From an uncultured Heliobacteriaceae bacterium (GTDB lineage: Bacteria > Acidobacteriota > Blastocatellia > RBC074): a DNA stretch of 64,000 nt. The stretch covers positions 5,900-69,899 of the forward strand of contig CAZLYK010000006.1 of the NCBI GenBank assembly GCA_964563495.1, written 5' to 3'. The notes under the pieces are model-generated. The model ran no database searches. It was not told the DNA's origin and saw nothing but the letters and a program-made list of their open reading frames with translations. The position numbers were made by a program, and so were the translations under genes. This document shows, piece after piece, positions 40,256 to 54,950 of this stretch. Every line of letters begins with the position of its first letter. Position 1 is the first letter of the stretch.

Positions 40256-40883
40256 TGCGTTTTGGAAATTGATGACCGTAATTCTCCTGGTTTTCGCCCT
40301 CGCGGCGATCTATTTTATGTTCGGTGGGAAGCAACTCTACGATCTCTTCATTCCCCGTGGCGACGTCCTGAAGACGGCTACCAGCACCCTGCTCAGGATC
40401 GAGCGCGAAAACAGCCTGGTTACCACCACGGCTTATGTCCAGGCGGTCGTCCGGCAGAAGGACATTCAATGGTACGGCGACGCTCAGGTCGTCCGGATCG
40501 TTCCGGCGAAGATCCACTACGCCGTCAACCTGGCTGAAATCGATCCTCACGCCATGGAGTACGACGAAAAGGCCAGGGTGCTATACGTGCCTCTGCCCGA
40601 TATCAAAATTCAATCGATCGATCCCGATCTGACCAAAGCCGAGGTCATCCGGAGCATTGACCTCTTTCGATCGGAGTCCCTGACCGGCAACGTCCTGGAA
40701 GATACGACTGAAAAGATGGTCCGCCCGACCCTCGAAGAGATGGGAAAATCCCCGGATATCACCAGGATCGCGAGAGATCAGGCGCTGCTATCGGTCAAGC
40801 AGCTGCTCGAATCGGCGCTCAATGCGACCGGATCACGAGTCCAGGTCCGCCCGTATTTCAAAAGCGAGGGCAAAAAAGCATGA
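40248..40883 (+). CDS. N-terminally membrane-anchored hypothetical protein (DUF4230-like?), translationally coupled to the methyltransferase
   Basis: SD AGGAGG at 40238-40243. ATGAGTAA overlap with the upstream stop. Single TM (LMTVILLVFALAAIYFMF). Confidence 0.5.
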   Translation: MSNAFWKLMTVILLVFALAAIYFMFGGKQLYDLFIPRGDVLKTATSTLLRIERENSLVTTTAYVQAVVRQKDIQWYGDAQVVRIVPAKIHYAVNLAEIDPHAMEYDEKARVLYVPLPDIKIQSIDPDLTKAEVIRSIDLFRSESLTGNVLEDTTEKMVRPTLEEMGKSPDITRIARDQALLSVKQLLESALNATGSRVQVRPYFKSEGKKA

Positions 40884-40884
40884 C

Positions 40885-41117
40885 AAATAGACAGGATTGA
40901 CAGGATTTGAACAGGATTACAGCGGCTTTCAGGTTCGTGCGTCCCGTCAGACGCACGACCGTCAGGGAGGGCGTCTGACAGGATGCACGAACCTGAAAAC
41001 CGCACCGGTAACATTGGTCATCAATCAATGCTTACCCTGTGGCAGCGATTTTCACGTTTGTGCGACCGCGAGGACGCGGTCGCACAAACGTGAAAATCGC
41101 TATAAACAGGATAGCTT
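40885..41117. repeat. Composite ~230-bp element E10: same three-hairpin core as E9, in the opposite orientation relative to its termini
   Basis: AAATAGACAGGATTGACAGGATTTGAACAGGATT + H2' + linker' + H1' (GATTTTCACGTTTGTGCGACCGCG|CGCGGTCGCACAAACGTGAAAATC) + TATAAACAGGATAGC. Differences from E9 are largely compensatory within the hairpins. Confidence 0.8.
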
Positions 41118-41157
41118 GAGGAAGGATAAGTAAGGATTAGCCACCATTGCTTTAATT

Positions 41158-42120
41158 ATGAGCACGACTGAACCAACGGAGAAAGTCTCAACCTGGCGTC
41201 CTGAAGTGGCGTTGATTACCCTGGCCTTGATGTGGGGGACTTCCCACGTCATCTCGAAAGACATCCTCTCTACGCATTCACCATCTTTTTACACCAGCGT
41301 GCGATTCGGAATTGCCGCGATCTGCTTTGGACTGATGTTCGCCGGCCATCTTGGGCGGAGCAGCCGCAAGGCGGTGATTCAGGGTGTGCTGCTGGGGTTG
41401 TGCAGTTTTACCGGCATCGCTTTTTATGTGGTCGGGCTGGGTTTCACCCAGGCTTCAAAAGCCGGCTTTATCACCGGTCTCTACCTGGTCTTTACGCCTT
41501 TGCTGGCTTATCTGATCTTTCGGGCGCGACCGGCGCGCGATCATCTGGTCGGGCTCGCCATCGCCCTCGGAGGCTTTATCCTGCTCAGTTTTCCGCGCGG
41601 CGGCGAATCGATCAATTGGGGCGATTTGCTGATTTTGCTGGCGGCCGTGGCCTGGGCCTCGCATATCGCCGCGACCAGCGCTTTTGCCCGTCAGAGCGAT
41701 GTCAGGACTCTGGCGGCGGTGCAGGTGATCACGGTCGCCGGCCTGGCGATCAGCGTTCACCTGGCGCTCAAATCATTCGGCGCAGAGACCCAGCCCAACC
41801 CCCTCAATTGGCGGTTCGCCTGGCAGATCGCTTATATGGCGGTCATGGTGACCTTTGTCGCCGCTTTGGTCCAGACCTGGGCACAGAGAGGTGTCCCCTC
41901 AACCCACGCGGCGATCCTTTATGCCCTCGAACCGGTCACCGCCGCGGCCTTTGCCTATCTGGCTTTTGGCGAAAAATTGGGCTTGATCCGGGGAATCGGC
42001 GCAACGCTCATCCTCGCCGGCGTCATGGTTTCCCGGCTCAAACTCGCAACCCGCATAATCGGCCAGTTTTGGGAGGCAAACCGGCTGGGCGGCTGGGCGA
42101 CGGGGCGACGGGGCGACTGA
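41158..42120 (+). CDS. EamA/DMT-superfamily transporter (10 TM)
   Basis: Two EamA-like halves. Hydrophobic throughout. Confidence 0.7.
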   Translation: MSTTEPTEKVSTWRPEVALITLALMWGTSHVISKDILSTHSPSFYTSVRFGIAAICFGLMFAGHLGRSSRKAVIQGVLLGLCSFTGIAFYVVGLGFTQASKAGFITGLYLVFTPLLAYLIFRARPARDHLVGLAIALGGFILLSFPRGGESINWGDLLILLAAVAWASHIAATSAFARQSDVRTLAAVQVITVAGLAISVHLALKSFGAETQPNPLNWRFAWQIAYMAVMVTFVAALVQTWAQRGVPSTHAAILYALEPVTAAAFAYLAFGEKLGLIRGIGATLILAGVMVSRLKLATRIIGQFWEANRLGGWATGRRGD

Positions 42121-42520
42121 TGATTCAAGCCCCCCAGACTGGTTGCCGCTCAAAACTGAGCATCTACCAACCCGACTGGTCAGGGCTATACTTTTCCGCG
42201 ATTTCGGTTATAATCCCTTCCGTTAATTGATTACGGCAGCCCTGCCGTCACACACACGTAGCGTGGGAGAGCGTCAATTATTCGATGGCCCCGAATGAAC
42301 GCGATCTCGACGCTGCTCATAATGGCTGGCCGACCCTCGCCAGCGCGTTTCCGCCGCATACCGGTCCGGCAATTTTCGACCGCAAGGTTCGAATCGGGAA
42401 CGCTGCTCTCATATTTAAAATTAAGCGTATTTCCAGACGCGAGTCGATTCAACCGGCTGTCTAATGAAGCCATGAGCGCCGTGACTGGTAAAATTAGCGA
42501 GTTTCTACTCGAGGTGTCGC

Positions 42521-42883
42521 GTGACTAAAGTCATGATCGTGGATGACGTTGAAGGCGTCCGCCGGATGCTCATCTACGCACTCGAAGATGATTACACCAT
42601 TACCCAGGCCTCGAATGGCCTGGAGGCGGTGACGCTCGCCGAGACCGAGCGGCCGGACGTGATCGTCATGGACCTGGACATGCCGGTCATGGATGGAGTC
42701 GAGGCCACCCGCCGGATCAAGTCGGATCCAGAGCTCTCCCACATCAAAGTGCTCGCCGTTTCGGGTCAGAACAACAGCGAGAAATCGCGGCTGGTCAAAG
42801 ACAATGCCGACGCCTTCATCGAAAAACCCTTCCTGATCACCGACCTGGTCGAGGCCGTCAGACGCCTGGCGATAGAAAAATAG
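42521..42883 (+). CDS. Single-domain CheY-like response regulator (receiver only); TAG stop taken from repeat E11
   Basis: MIVDD...D(57-like)...K receiver signature (VIVMDLDMPVMDG). 120 aa. Confidence 0.75.
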   Translation: MTKVMIVDDVEGVRRMLIYALEDDYTITQASNGLEAVTLAETERPDVIVMDLDMPVMDGVEATRRIKSDPELSHIKVLAVSGQNNSEKSRLVKDNADAFIEKPFLITDLVEAVRRLAIEK

Positions 42884-42981
42884 ACAGGATTAACAGGATT
42901 TCACCGGATTAAACAGGATCTACCTGGCCGGTTTGGCTGATCCTGTTTAATCCGGTGAAATCCTGTTAATCCTGTCTATTT
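42878..42981. repeat. Full palindromic element E11
   Basis: AAATAGACAGGATTAACAGGATTTCACCGGATTAAACAGGATC ... GATCCTGTTTAATCCGGTGAAATCCTGTTAATCCTGTCTATTT. Lies between the stop of the response regulator and the stop of the convergent cytochrome gene. Confidence 0.85.
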
Positions 42982-42982
42982 C

Positions 42983-43966
42983 TTAGCCGGAAGACGGGAA
43001 GACCTTGAAATCATTGCGCGTGTGACATTTGTTGCACGAGCCTCCGCCTTGACTGCCGGGTTCGCCGCTGAAGACCTTCCGCCCATAATGCATTCCGCCG
43101 TCGTGACAGCTGAAACACCCGCGACCGCTGCGCTCGGCCGGGCTGATATGCTGTTTGACTTTTAACGAGGTCGGAGTCGGTTGATTGTAACCGCCAGAGA
43201 TCGTGTGGCACATGTCGCACTTGCCGTTCATGTAGCCGACGTGCGATTTGTGCGTGAAGAGCGCGCCATACGCCCGGCTGACGTATTTGGCTGAAAACGG
43301 CTGGGCGCCGGAGACCACGGCGGTGTGGCAGGCGACGCACCCCGATTTTTGAGCCGCCTTTTGATCAGTGCTTGCCGGCGAATGGCAGAGATAGCATTCC
43401 GGATGTGCAGCGATGGTCAGGACGGCCGGCCTGGGTTCCTGTCTATGGCAGAAGTTGCAGTTCAGTTTTTCTACGGACCGCGGCATGTTGTAGCCCGCGT
43501 GCAGTTCGTGCTGGCGCGCATCGAAGAGCGCATTGAAATCGGATCGCTGCGGAAAGTCGCGCTGGGGCGGGCGCGCGGGTAATTCCGCCGGCTGTCCGCC
43601 TCTCGTTTCGTGACAGATGGTGCAGGTCTGCTGCGGTTGCGCGGTGAATTGCGAGATGTGGCATTCGACGCAGGCTTTATGCCCGGGGAACCTGAGGCTC
43701 AGCTGTTGATTGCGTGCCGTTGTCTCGACCAGACCGGTGATCGGGTCGCGCCGATCGTGACACGATTCGCATTTCAGTACGCGAGCGTGATTGGTGCCGG
43801 GTACGCTGATCGTGCCGAGGTGCGATTTATGGGTGAACCGCTCGTAGTTTTTCGGCGGCTGGCCCGCCGGATTCTGCTCACCCTGCGCGAGCGGGGGCTT
43901 GAACAGGTTTAGGCAAACAGCCAGGCTGCAGCAGACCAGCACAATTTTGATTCTCTCGATCGACAT
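42983..43966 (-). CDS. Nonaheme c-type cytochrome (9 CxxCH), periplasmic/secreted
   Basis: Probable start MSIERIKIVLVCCSLAVCL. CESCH, CVECH, CTICH, CNFCH, CYLCH, CVACH, CDMCH, CFSCH, CNKCH. Two FTHKSH motifs. Confidence 0.8.
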   Translation of the reverse strand: MSIERIKIVLVCCSLAVCLNLFKPPLAQGEQNPAGQPPKNYERFTHKSHLGTISVPGTNHARVLKCESCHDRRDPITGLVETTARNQQLSLRFPGHKACVECHISQFTAQPQQTCTICHETRGGQPAELPARPPQRDFPQRSDFNALFDARQHELHAGYNMPRSVEKLNCNFCHRQEPRPAVLTIAAHPECYLCHSPASTDQKAAQKSGCVACHTAVVSGAQPFSAKYVSRAYGALFTHKSHVGYMNGKCDMCHTISGGYNQPTPTSLKVKQHISPAERSGRGCFSCHDGGMHYGRKVFSGEPGSQGGGSCNKCHTRNDFKVFPSSG

Positions 43967-43992
43967 ATTTCCGTTCGTCTCAATCATCCTGT

Positions 43993-45210
43993 CTATTGCT
44001 TTGCTTTGACAAGATGGTTCGGGGGCGGCAATTGAACGCCCCTCCCCGCGAATTCCCTGATCGTCTGGAGCGAGTGGCAGTAATTGCATCTGGCGCTTTC
44101 AATCGTCACGGCTCCTTCGATCTTTGTCTGCATCTCTTTTTTATGGCATTCAATGCAGCTCGTGATGAGCGGCTGCTTCTCTTTCATCTTGCGGTCTTCG
44201 AGATAGAAGTCAGCCCGCGTCTGAGCGGTCTTTCCCGTCGCGTGACACGAGAGGCAGTCCGGGACGCTCTTGCCGACATTCTCAAAATGGGTTTTGTGAC
44301 TGAATGGGAGCGGAGATTTGACGGCGGTTTTTTTCGGGTTGAGCTCCGTGTTGATGATCCGGCGCGCGAACCAGAGGGCAGCCAACTCCGAGCCTTTGAC
44401 CGGGCGGCCGTCTTTCAATGGGTTGCCGACGGATCGATGGCAGCCGGTGCAGTTGGTGGCGAAAGTGTTCTTCGGGTCGGGCTTCTCTTTTTTCGGCGGC
44501 GTGATGATCTTCGAATCAAAATGGCAGATGAAGCATTCGGCATGGCCGGGTGAGCTCATCTTGGTGCTGGTGGAGAAATCCATCTTCGCCACGGTGACCG
44601 GCGATGGATTGGCTGTATGGCACGCGCCGCATTCGAACCTGTGCTTGTCCAGACCTTTGTTCGCTTTGACGTCGGCCTTCGCGTCATAGAATTTGACCCG
44701 TTCCCTGAGCGCGGTCGTGGTCGCATACTGCTCGAAGAAATCCACGTGCTCGCCGTGCGAGTAGAAATCGTAAAACTGCGAGGCTCCGCCGCCGTTGGGA
44801 TTGGGGAAGCGGCGGATGTTGGTGGCCATCTGCCGTGGATTGACCGTCAGCTGGTCGTGGCAGATGGCGCACATGTCGCGCTGAAATCCGGCGCCGGTGA
44901 AGGCATGGCATTCGGTGCAGGCCGAATGCGTCTTTTCCTGTTTGAGGCCGAGTTTGTGGCTCGGATAACCCATGGTCGCCAGATCGTGCTGGTCCTGACC
45001 GAGCCTGTCTCGGACTGCCGCGCCGTGACAATAATCGCAGTCGATCTCGAAGGTTTTATTCTTATCGATCAGGCTTTTGACCTGGCCGGCGTGTGATTTA
45101 TGCGTGAATCGAGAGAACTTCGATGGCGTCACCGGCTGTCTTTGAGCGGCCGCTCCCTGCCAGAAGAAGCAGCCGATAATGAAGAATGAGGCGACAACGA
45201 ACTGTTTCAT
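43993..45210 (-). CDS. Nonaheme c-type cytochrome (9 CxxCH), periplasmic/secreted
   Basis: Signal peptide. CDYCH, CTECH, CAICH, CGACH, CFICH, CTGCH, CLSCH, CIECH, CNYCH. FTHKSH and FSHKTH motifs. Confidence 0.8.
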   Translation of the reverse strand: MKQFVVASFFIIGCFFWQGAAAQRQPVTPSKFSRFTHKSHAGQVKSLIDKNKTFEIDCDYCHGAAVRDRLGQDQHDLATMGYPSHKLGLKQEKTHSACTECHAFTGAGFQRDMCAICHDQLTVNPRQMATNIRRFPNPNGGGASQFYDFYSHGEHVDFFEQYATTTALRERVKFYDAKADVKANKGLDKHRFECGACHTANPSPVTVAKMDFSTSTKMSSPGHAECFICHFDSKIITPPKKEKPDPKNTFATNCTGCHRSVGNPLKDGRPVKGSELAALWFARRIINTELNPKKTAVKSPLPFSHKTHFENVGKSVPDCLSCHATGKTAQTRADFYLEDRKMKEKQPLITSCIECHKKEMQTKIEGAVTIESARCNYCHSLQTIREFAGRGVQLPPPNHLVKAKQ

Positions 45211-45213
45211 TGT

Positions 45214-47622
45214 TCAGGGAATGTTCGGGTGGCGAGGGAATTTGACGTACGGCAACCGCACGCCCCGGACAAAGATCTGATCGGCGCGAATCGCGGCCGG
45301 CGCTTCAAAACCAACGCTGCCGGTTGCGGCGATGATGTCATCCTGATCGATCCCGTCGCCGCTGATTCCGATCCCGCCGACGAGAACGCCATTTTTATAT
45401 AACGGCACGCTACCGGCGAAGATCTGTATGCCGTTTGGGAGGGCGGGAATCGCCGTGCAGCTGAGCGCCGGGGTTCCGCTCAGGATATTGACCAGCGCCG
45501 TTTTAACCAGCGCAACCTGTAAGCCGGTATTGAACGGGCTCCAGAGGTTGATCGGTTTGGAGAAAGGGCCGTTTTGCGAGCCGTCGATTCCATCCGGGAG
45601 GAACGGGCGGCTCAGAAAACCATTGGCGCGGTCACTGAAGGCGATGGCGCCGTCGAGCCTGATACCGTCGGCCAGTGCGGCGTCGGCGAACTTCGCGAAC
45701 TTTCCTCCTTCAGCCGCGCGCAGTTGGGCTCCCGCCGACGCGCTGCTGAAAAACGCCGCCGTCCGAGCCTTTTGGACGCTCACATCGAAGCCAAAGATCG
45801 GCGCATCCTGGGTGCTGAACAGCCCCAGCACGACGCCGTTGGCGTCGACGACGGCGATGTTGACTTCGGCCGCCGACCCGAGCGGCCGGCGAATCGCCGC
45901 CCGCGTTCGGTTCGCCTGCTGCGCCGCCTGCGTGATCATGCGAGTGACATCGGCTGCCAACAGTTTGTTCGGACCGGCAGCCGCGCTGTCTTTGAATGGG
46001 AAATAGCGAGGATCGACGCGACCCGCCACCCCGCCAAGCGTGAGCGGCGTAAACATAGAGGCTGCAGTCGCGCGAATCGGGAACATCGGATCGACCGTTC
46101 CGGGCAGGCTGCCGAATGGCGGCGCGTTGCCGCCCACCTGCTGGACGTTGACGAACGGCAGCCGCATCCCATCGACAAAGATCTGGTCTCCGCGTATGTC
46201 GGAGGGCGGTTCGTAACCTCGGGTCGCCGCGACGGCGATGATCTCTTCCGGCGATTGATCGAGATCGGAAGGATCGATGTCGACCGAGTAAAAGCCGTCG
46301 AACTCTATCCCCACGCCGCCGGCCGCAGCCCCATTCCTATAAATCGGGACTCCGCCCGGATCTCCCGATAATCCCAGCGGTAGATTGGGCAGCTTGACAT
46401 CGGAGCAGGGAAGTTGAGAAAACTGGACGCCGAAGAGCGGGCCTCCCGGCGTCTGGCGGAGGAGCGGCGGGAAGTGTTCCTGGACAATGAAGCTCGCGGT
46501 CCGCGTCGTGAAAGAGTTGCCCTGTGTACTGAAAAATGCCGCGGTTCCAGCCTTCGAAATCGCGGCAAAGGTCGCCGGCACATCGGTATCCTGCAATCCA
46601 TCGGGGTCGACCGGTTTGAGTTTCGCGCCGTTCAGCAGATTGAACGACCCGATGCGCGTGGTGGCGGGCGCGCCGGTCATCTTGAAGACGCCCAGGACGT
46701 TGCCTTCCTTGTCGACCACGGCCACGTTGATCCGCACACCCATCTGCTGGGCCTGGCCGACGGCCTGGGCGATGATCGTTTGAACGTCGCTCACGGCCAG
46801 AGCCCCGGGCGCCGTCTGCTCTTCACCCTGCAAACGCAGCTGGACGACATTGCTCGCGCGTCCTTCGGCGACCAGGACGATGTCGGTCGTTCCACCAGGC
46901 AGGTTGGTCGGGACCATGATGTTGATCTGATCGAGGCCGGCAAACGAGCCCTGGGCGCCGGAAAATAGAGGCGTCACTTCGACGCCGCCGACGCGCACCC
47001 GCAGGCTCGACGCGCGGCGCAGCCCCGTTCCGAAGAGCATGAGATAGTTCGGCCGCCACGGGCTGCCCGGGTTGACCTGCCTCGCAGTGCCGTCCGTGTT
47101 GGTTACGCCTTCGAAGATCGCGCCGTCGAATGTCGTCAGTGCGACCGGCAGGCCGCGACCGTTGTAAGTGGTGGTGAAGAGCGCCGGCGACGAGTTGACG
47201 ATCTGGGCCTCACCTCTTGAGACGACGCTGTTGGCGCCGGTCACGATCACTTGCGCCGGCCCGAGCGCAACCTGCTCCGGAATCAGATAATTTATCTGGC
47301 CCGGCGAGACGAAGAAGAGCGGCGACTGGTGCTCGACGTTGAGGCTGTCGATCAAGCGAACCGACGTCCCCGCCAGCTGCGTCGGCAGCGGCAGCGTCCG
47401 CGCACTGTCAGTCCCGGCGGAGAGGTTGGTTCCAAATGCCGCGGTGATCGTACCCGGAGAGAGAGGCCCGGCAAAACTCGCCGCGTTGACACTGACGATC
47501 GTAGCGGTCGAATTCCCGCCGGCTTCGCCGGTCTCGCAGACCAATGCAACCAGTATAAAAAAAATATTCAGAAAGTTTGAAGAAAGGACCAATCGATTGC
47601 TCAACCGGAAACGTGCGCGCAT
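45214..47622 (-). CDS. Secreted 802-aa protein: two Ig-like 'Solibacter-type' domains (TIGR03437-like) followed by two DUF336/GlcG (HbpS-like heme-binding) domains
   Basis: Repeated IVSVNAASFAG...GTNL...SVRL...VSPGQINYLIP...VIVT modules. Two GlcG-like cores (AQQMGVRINVAVVDKEGNVLGVFKMTGAP; AAEVNIAVVDANGVVLGLFSTQDAPIFGFDVSVQKARTAAFFSS). Its stop is 3 nt from the cytochrome start (operon). Confidence 0.6.
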   Translation of the reverse strand: MRARFRLSNRLVLSSNFLNIFFILVALVCETGEAGGNSTATIVSVNAASFAGPLSPGTITAAFGTNLSAGTDSARTLPLPTQLAGTSVRLIDSLNVEHQSPLFFVSPGQINYLIPEQVALGPAQVIVTGANSVVSRGEAQIVNSSPALFTTTYNGRGLPVALTTFDGAIFEGVTNTDGTARQVNPGSPWRPNYLMLFGTGLRRASSLRVRVGGVEVTPLFSGAQGSFAGLDQINIMVPTNLPGGTTDIVLVAEGRASNVVQLRLQGEEQTAPGALAVSDVQTIIAQAVGQAQQMGVRINVAVVDKEGNVLGVFKMTGAPATTRIGSFNLLNGAKLKPVDPDGLQDTDVPATFAAISKAGTAAFFSTQGNSFTTRTASFIVQEHFPPLLRQTPGGPLFGVQFSQLPCSDVKLPNLPLGLSGDPGGVPIYRNGAAAGGVGIEFDGFYSVDIDPSDLDQSPEEIIAVAATRGYEPPSDIRGDQIFVDGMRLPFVNVQQVGGNAPPFGSLPGTVDPMFPIRATAASMFTPLTLGGVAGRVDPRYFPFKDSAAAGPNKLLAADVTRMITQAAQQANRTRAAIRRPLGSAAEVNIAVVDANGVVLGLFSTQDAPIFGFDVSVQKARTAAFFSSASAGAQLRAAEGGKFAKFADAALADGIRLDGAIAFSDRANGFLSRPFLPDGIDGSQNGPFSKPINLWSPFNTGLQVALVKTALVNILSGTPALSCTAIPALPNGIQIFAGSVPLYKNGVLVGGIGISGDGIDQDDIIAATGSVGFEAPAAIRADQIFVRGVRLPYVKFPRHPNIP

Positions 47623-47756
47623 CTTCTTTCCCTCGGGGAAGCTCGTAGAGATCTGATCAACCTTGGGGCGCAGGAAAAACTGTAGGCTTCAAGAGAGAAC
47701 GGGCAAGACTATAGCCTCTAACGACGCAATGCCGCAAGCAAAAAATCCAGAATAAA

Positions 47757-47861
47757 GTAGACGGGATTAACAGGATTTAAAGAGGGTTAAACTAGATCAT
47801 AGACAAACCAGAAAAACATCCTGTTCAATCCTCCTGAAATCCTGTTAATCCTGTCTGTATT
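47757..47861. repeat. Degenerate palindromic element E12 in the divergent promoter region of the cytochrome cluster
   Basis: AGTAGACGGGATTAACAGGATTTAAAGAGGGTTAAAC ... ATCCTGTTCAATCCTCCTGAAATCCTGTTAATCCTGTCTGTATT. Recognizable termini, diverged interior. Confidence 0.7.
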
Positions 47862-48068
47862 AAAGATATCTCTAAAATCAATGATTGACTTAATTTGAAA
47901 AGCTGTGTTATCAACCAAATATCTTTGAACGCGAGGCCACACTGTTGCTGTGGTTTTTTAAGCCGTTTCTTGCTAGTGCCCTGCGTTGCCTAATTGCTCA
48001 CTCGTTCTCCCAGCTTTATCCCCTGACAGGCCGGTATTATTTTTGGCCGGGTTATTGGAGACAGATCA

Positions 48069-50054
48069 GTGCGAATTCGCATTTTTTCAGTGTTTCTTCT
48101 TCATCTTCTTCTTGCGTTCTGCCCGACGAGTGGTATTGCCCAGGAGCCGGCGAGCGGCTCAAAGCAGGCAACCGGCCAACTGGCCGACCAGATGGCTGAG
48201 CGACTGAAGAATCGGTTGCCGCAGGAGCTTTCGCAACTACCGGCGAAGAAGAATGCGCAACCATCCGCGCCGCTGCGAATCAAGCCGCCGGAGACGGCTG
48301 TCCAGCAAACAGAGAGGCCGAAGTTGCGGTTGCCGGAGGAGAGGCCGCTCGGAGCTTCGGGGCCGTCGCGAGACAGGCGCAAGCCGGCGACCGAGGACGC
48401 CGATTTTATCGTGATCCAGGACCGCTGGCGGATCGGCCTGCCTGAAGATCCGAGGTTTCGCAAAGGCGACATCTTCAATCCTTATCGTCAAAACGTCCTC
48501 AAAGGCGATTATCCAATCGCCGGCAACGACGTCTTTTTGAATATTACGCTCGCCAGCGAGAGCGATTTCAACGTCCGGCGGGTGCCGTTGCCGCAGGGTG
48601 TCAGTGCGCAGCTGCCGGGCAGTCTCGAGTTCTTCGGGCGCGGCCGCCAGGAAGCCTTCAATCAGAACTTCATCTTCTCGCTCGATCTTTTTCGCGGAGA
48701 TGCGTCGTTCAAACCCGTAGACTGGCGGTTCAAAGTCACCGGCATCGCCAATCTCAATCTGCTCAACGTGCGTGAGCGCGGGGTCACCAATGTCGACGTG
48801 CGCAGGGGGACGACGCGCTGGGACGGGTTCAACTCGATCGAAGAGGTCTTTTACGAATACCGGATCGGCGACACGCCGAGGATCTTTCCCTTCCTGCGCG
48901 GCAAAGGCAGTCGCGATGGCCGATCGCCCGCTTTCGATACGACCTCGATCCGCGTCGGGATACAGCCGTTCACCAGCGATTTCCGCGGCTTTATCTTCAG
49001 CGATGCGAACCTGGGAGCGCGCCTCTTCGGCAACTTTAGCTCGAACCGCTGGCAGTACAATCTGGCCTACTTCAATCTGCTCGAGAAAGAGACCAACAGC
49101 CAGCTCAATACCATCAATTTTGCCGAGACCAAATTTCGCAATCAATCGGTCTACATCGCCAATCTCTACCGCCAGGACACATTTGTGCTCGGCTACACGA
49201 CGCAGTTCAGCCTCCATTACAGCGATGACCGTGCGACGGTCGAATACGATCAGAACGGTTTTCTGGTCCGCCCGGCGAGGATCGGCACGGTTACACCGCA
49301 CCGCGTGCGCTCGGGTTATTTGGGCTGGACTGGAGACGGTCATTTCGGGCGTTACAATCTGACGCACGCGTTTTACCAGGCGATCGGGCGCGACACCTTC
49401 AATCCACTGGCGCAGCGCGGGACGCGGATCAACGCCCAGATGGCCGCGGCCGAAGCCTCGGTCGACTATGATTGGCTGCGCTATCGAGTCGGGGTCTTTT
49501 ACACTTCCGGGGATTCCAAGCCGACTGACGGGACGGCGCGCGGGTTCGATGCGATCCTGGACAATCCGAACTTCGCCGGAGGGAGGTTCAGCTTCTGGAA
49601 CTCACAGGGGATTCGCCTGACGCAGACGTCGGTCGCGCTGGTCGAGCCGCGCAGCCTGATCCCCAGCTTGCGCACCAGCAAGCTGCAGGGCCAGGCAAAC
49701 TTCGTCAATCCGGGTTTGACGCTCTACAACGCGGGGATCGATGTCGATCTCACGCCGAAGCTGCGCGGCTTCATTAATTACAATTATTTACGATTCAACC
49801 GCACCGAGCCGCTCGAGCTCTTGTTGTTCCAACCGGCCATTCGCCACGAGATCGGTCACGATCTCGGAGTCGGTTTTATCTACCGGCCGTTGTTGAACGA
49901 GAACATCGTCCTGATCGGCGGCGCCTCGGGTCTCAGACCCGGCCGAGGATTTACGGATATTTACAGCTCGAATTGCAACGGCCTTCCGGCCGGCTGCGGG
50001 GCGGGCAGCCCGACCCTCTGGTCGGCTTTCGTGACCTTGAAATTCGTTTATTGA
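48069..50054 (+). CDS. Putative outer-membrane beta-barrel protein (661 aa)
   Basis: Signal peptide. Pro/Arg-rich linker. Long beta-rich region with alternating hydrophobic residues. C-terminal ...VTLKFVY (terminal aromatic). Stop is 7 nt before the decaheme gene. Confidence 0.5.
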   Translation: MRIRIFSVFLLHLLLAFCPTSGIAQEPASGSKQATGQLADQMAERLKNRLPQELSQLPAKKNAQPSAPLRIKPPETAVQQTERPKLRLPEERPLGASGPSRDRRKPATEDADFIVIQDRWRIGLPEDPRFRKGDIFNPYRQNVLKGDYPIAGNDVFLNITLASESDFNVRRVPLPQGVSAQLPGSLEFFGRGRQEAFNQNFIFSLDLFRGDASFKPVDWRFKVTGIANLNLLNVRERGVTNVDVRRGTTRWDGFNSIEEVFYEYRIGDTPRIFPFLRGKGSRDGRSPAFDTTSIRVGIQPFTSDFRGFIFSDANLGARLFGNFSSNRWQYNLAYFNLLEKETNSQLNTINFAETKFRNQSVYIANLYRQDTFVLGYTTQFSLHYSDDRATVEYDQNGFLVRPARIGTVTPHRVRSGYLGWTGDGHFGRYNLTHAFYQAIGRDTFNPLAQRGTRINAQMAAAEASVDYDWLRYRVGVFYTSGDSKPTDGTARGFDAILDNPNFAGGRFSFWNSQGIRLTQTSVALVEPRSLIPSLRTSKLQGQANFVNPGLTLYNAGIDVDLTPKLRGFINYNYLRFNRTEPLELLLFQPAIRHEIGHDLGVGFIYRPLLNENIVLIGGASGLRPGRGFTDIYSSNCNGLPAGCGAGSPTLWSAFVTLKFVY

Positions 50055-50061
50055 ACAGACA

Positions 50062-53944
<3,883 letters not shown>

Positions 53945-53957
53945 AATAGACAGGATG
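53945..53957. repeat. Half-copy E13 (AATAGACAGGATG) between the cytochrome stop and the dppD-like start
   Basis: TAA-AATAGACAGG-ATG: the stop of the upstream gene, a half terminus, then the start of the next gene. Confidence 0.65.
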
Positions 53958-54938
53958 AGCTTAATCGAAGTTCGCCAGCTCAAGACCTACTTTGCGACCA
54001 AACGCGGCGAGGTCCGCTCGGTCGACGACGTCTCGTTGGCCATCGAACCGGGTGAGACGCTGAGCCTGGTCGGCGAATCCGGATGCGGTAAATCGGTGAC
54101 GGCGCTTTCGATCATGCGCCTGGTTTCGTCGCCGGGGCGAATCGTCGGCGGAGCGATTATCTTTGAAGGACGCAATCTGCTCGAATTGAGCGAAGGTCAG
54201 ATGCGCCGGATGCGCGGCGATGATATCGCCATGATCTTTCAGGATCCGATGACTTCGCTCAATCCGGTTTATACCGTCGGCGAGCAGATCGCCGAGGCGA
54301 TCAGGCTGCATCGCAAGGTCTCCAAACGCGAGGCCTGGAATCAGGCGATCGAGGGCATGCGCGATGTTTCAATACCGGCGCCCGAAGTCCGCGCGAAAAC
54401 CTATCCGCACGAGATGTCCGGAGGCATGCGCCAGCGGGTCATGATCGCCATGGCTCTGGCTTGTGACCCGAAGCTCCTGATCGCCGACGAGCCGACGACT
54501 GCGCTCGATGTGACGATCCAGGCGCAGATCCTCGATCTTTTGACCGAATTGCGCGAGAAGAGGAACCTCGCCATCCTGCTCATCACCCACGATCTGGGGG
54601 TCGTCGCCGAGACCTCCGATCGCGTCGCGGTCATGTATGCCGGAAAGATCGTCGAAGAGGCGTCCGTCAAAGAGGTCTTCAGCCAACCGAGACATCCATA
54701 CACCGAAGGACTGCTCCGCGCCGTGCCGCGGCTGGATGAGTCCAGCCAAGAGAAGAAGAAGCGGTTGCTGACGATCGAGGGCGTAGTCCCGAACCCGTTG
54801 GATCTCCCGCCGGGTTGCCGGTTTGCACCGCGTTGCCCGCACGCCCGCGAGGAATGCGGCGCGAGCGAGATCGAATTGATGCCGATCGGATCTCATCATG
54901 CAACCCGCTGCATTCGGGCCGGAGAGATTTACGGATAG
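53954..54938 (+). CDS. Oligopeptide/dipeptide-type ABC transporter ATP-binding protein (DppD/OppD-like)
   Basis: Probable start MSLIEVRQL. Walker A GESGCGKS. Signature [10 protein letters not shown]-terminal oligopeptide-ABC extension with a Cys cluster. TAG stop from degenerate repeat E14. Confidence 0.8.
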
Positions 54939-54947
54939 ACGGGATTT
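54935..54947. repeat. Degenerate half-copy E14 (GATAGACGGGATT) at the dppD/dppF junction
   Basis: Two mismatches to the family terminus. Supplies the TAG stop. Confidence 0.45.
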
Positions 54948-54950
54948 TCT

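Noticed and set aside
48237-49367. 376-aa minus-strand ORF antisense to the outer-membrane barrel gene
   Set aside because: Antisense shadow ORF.
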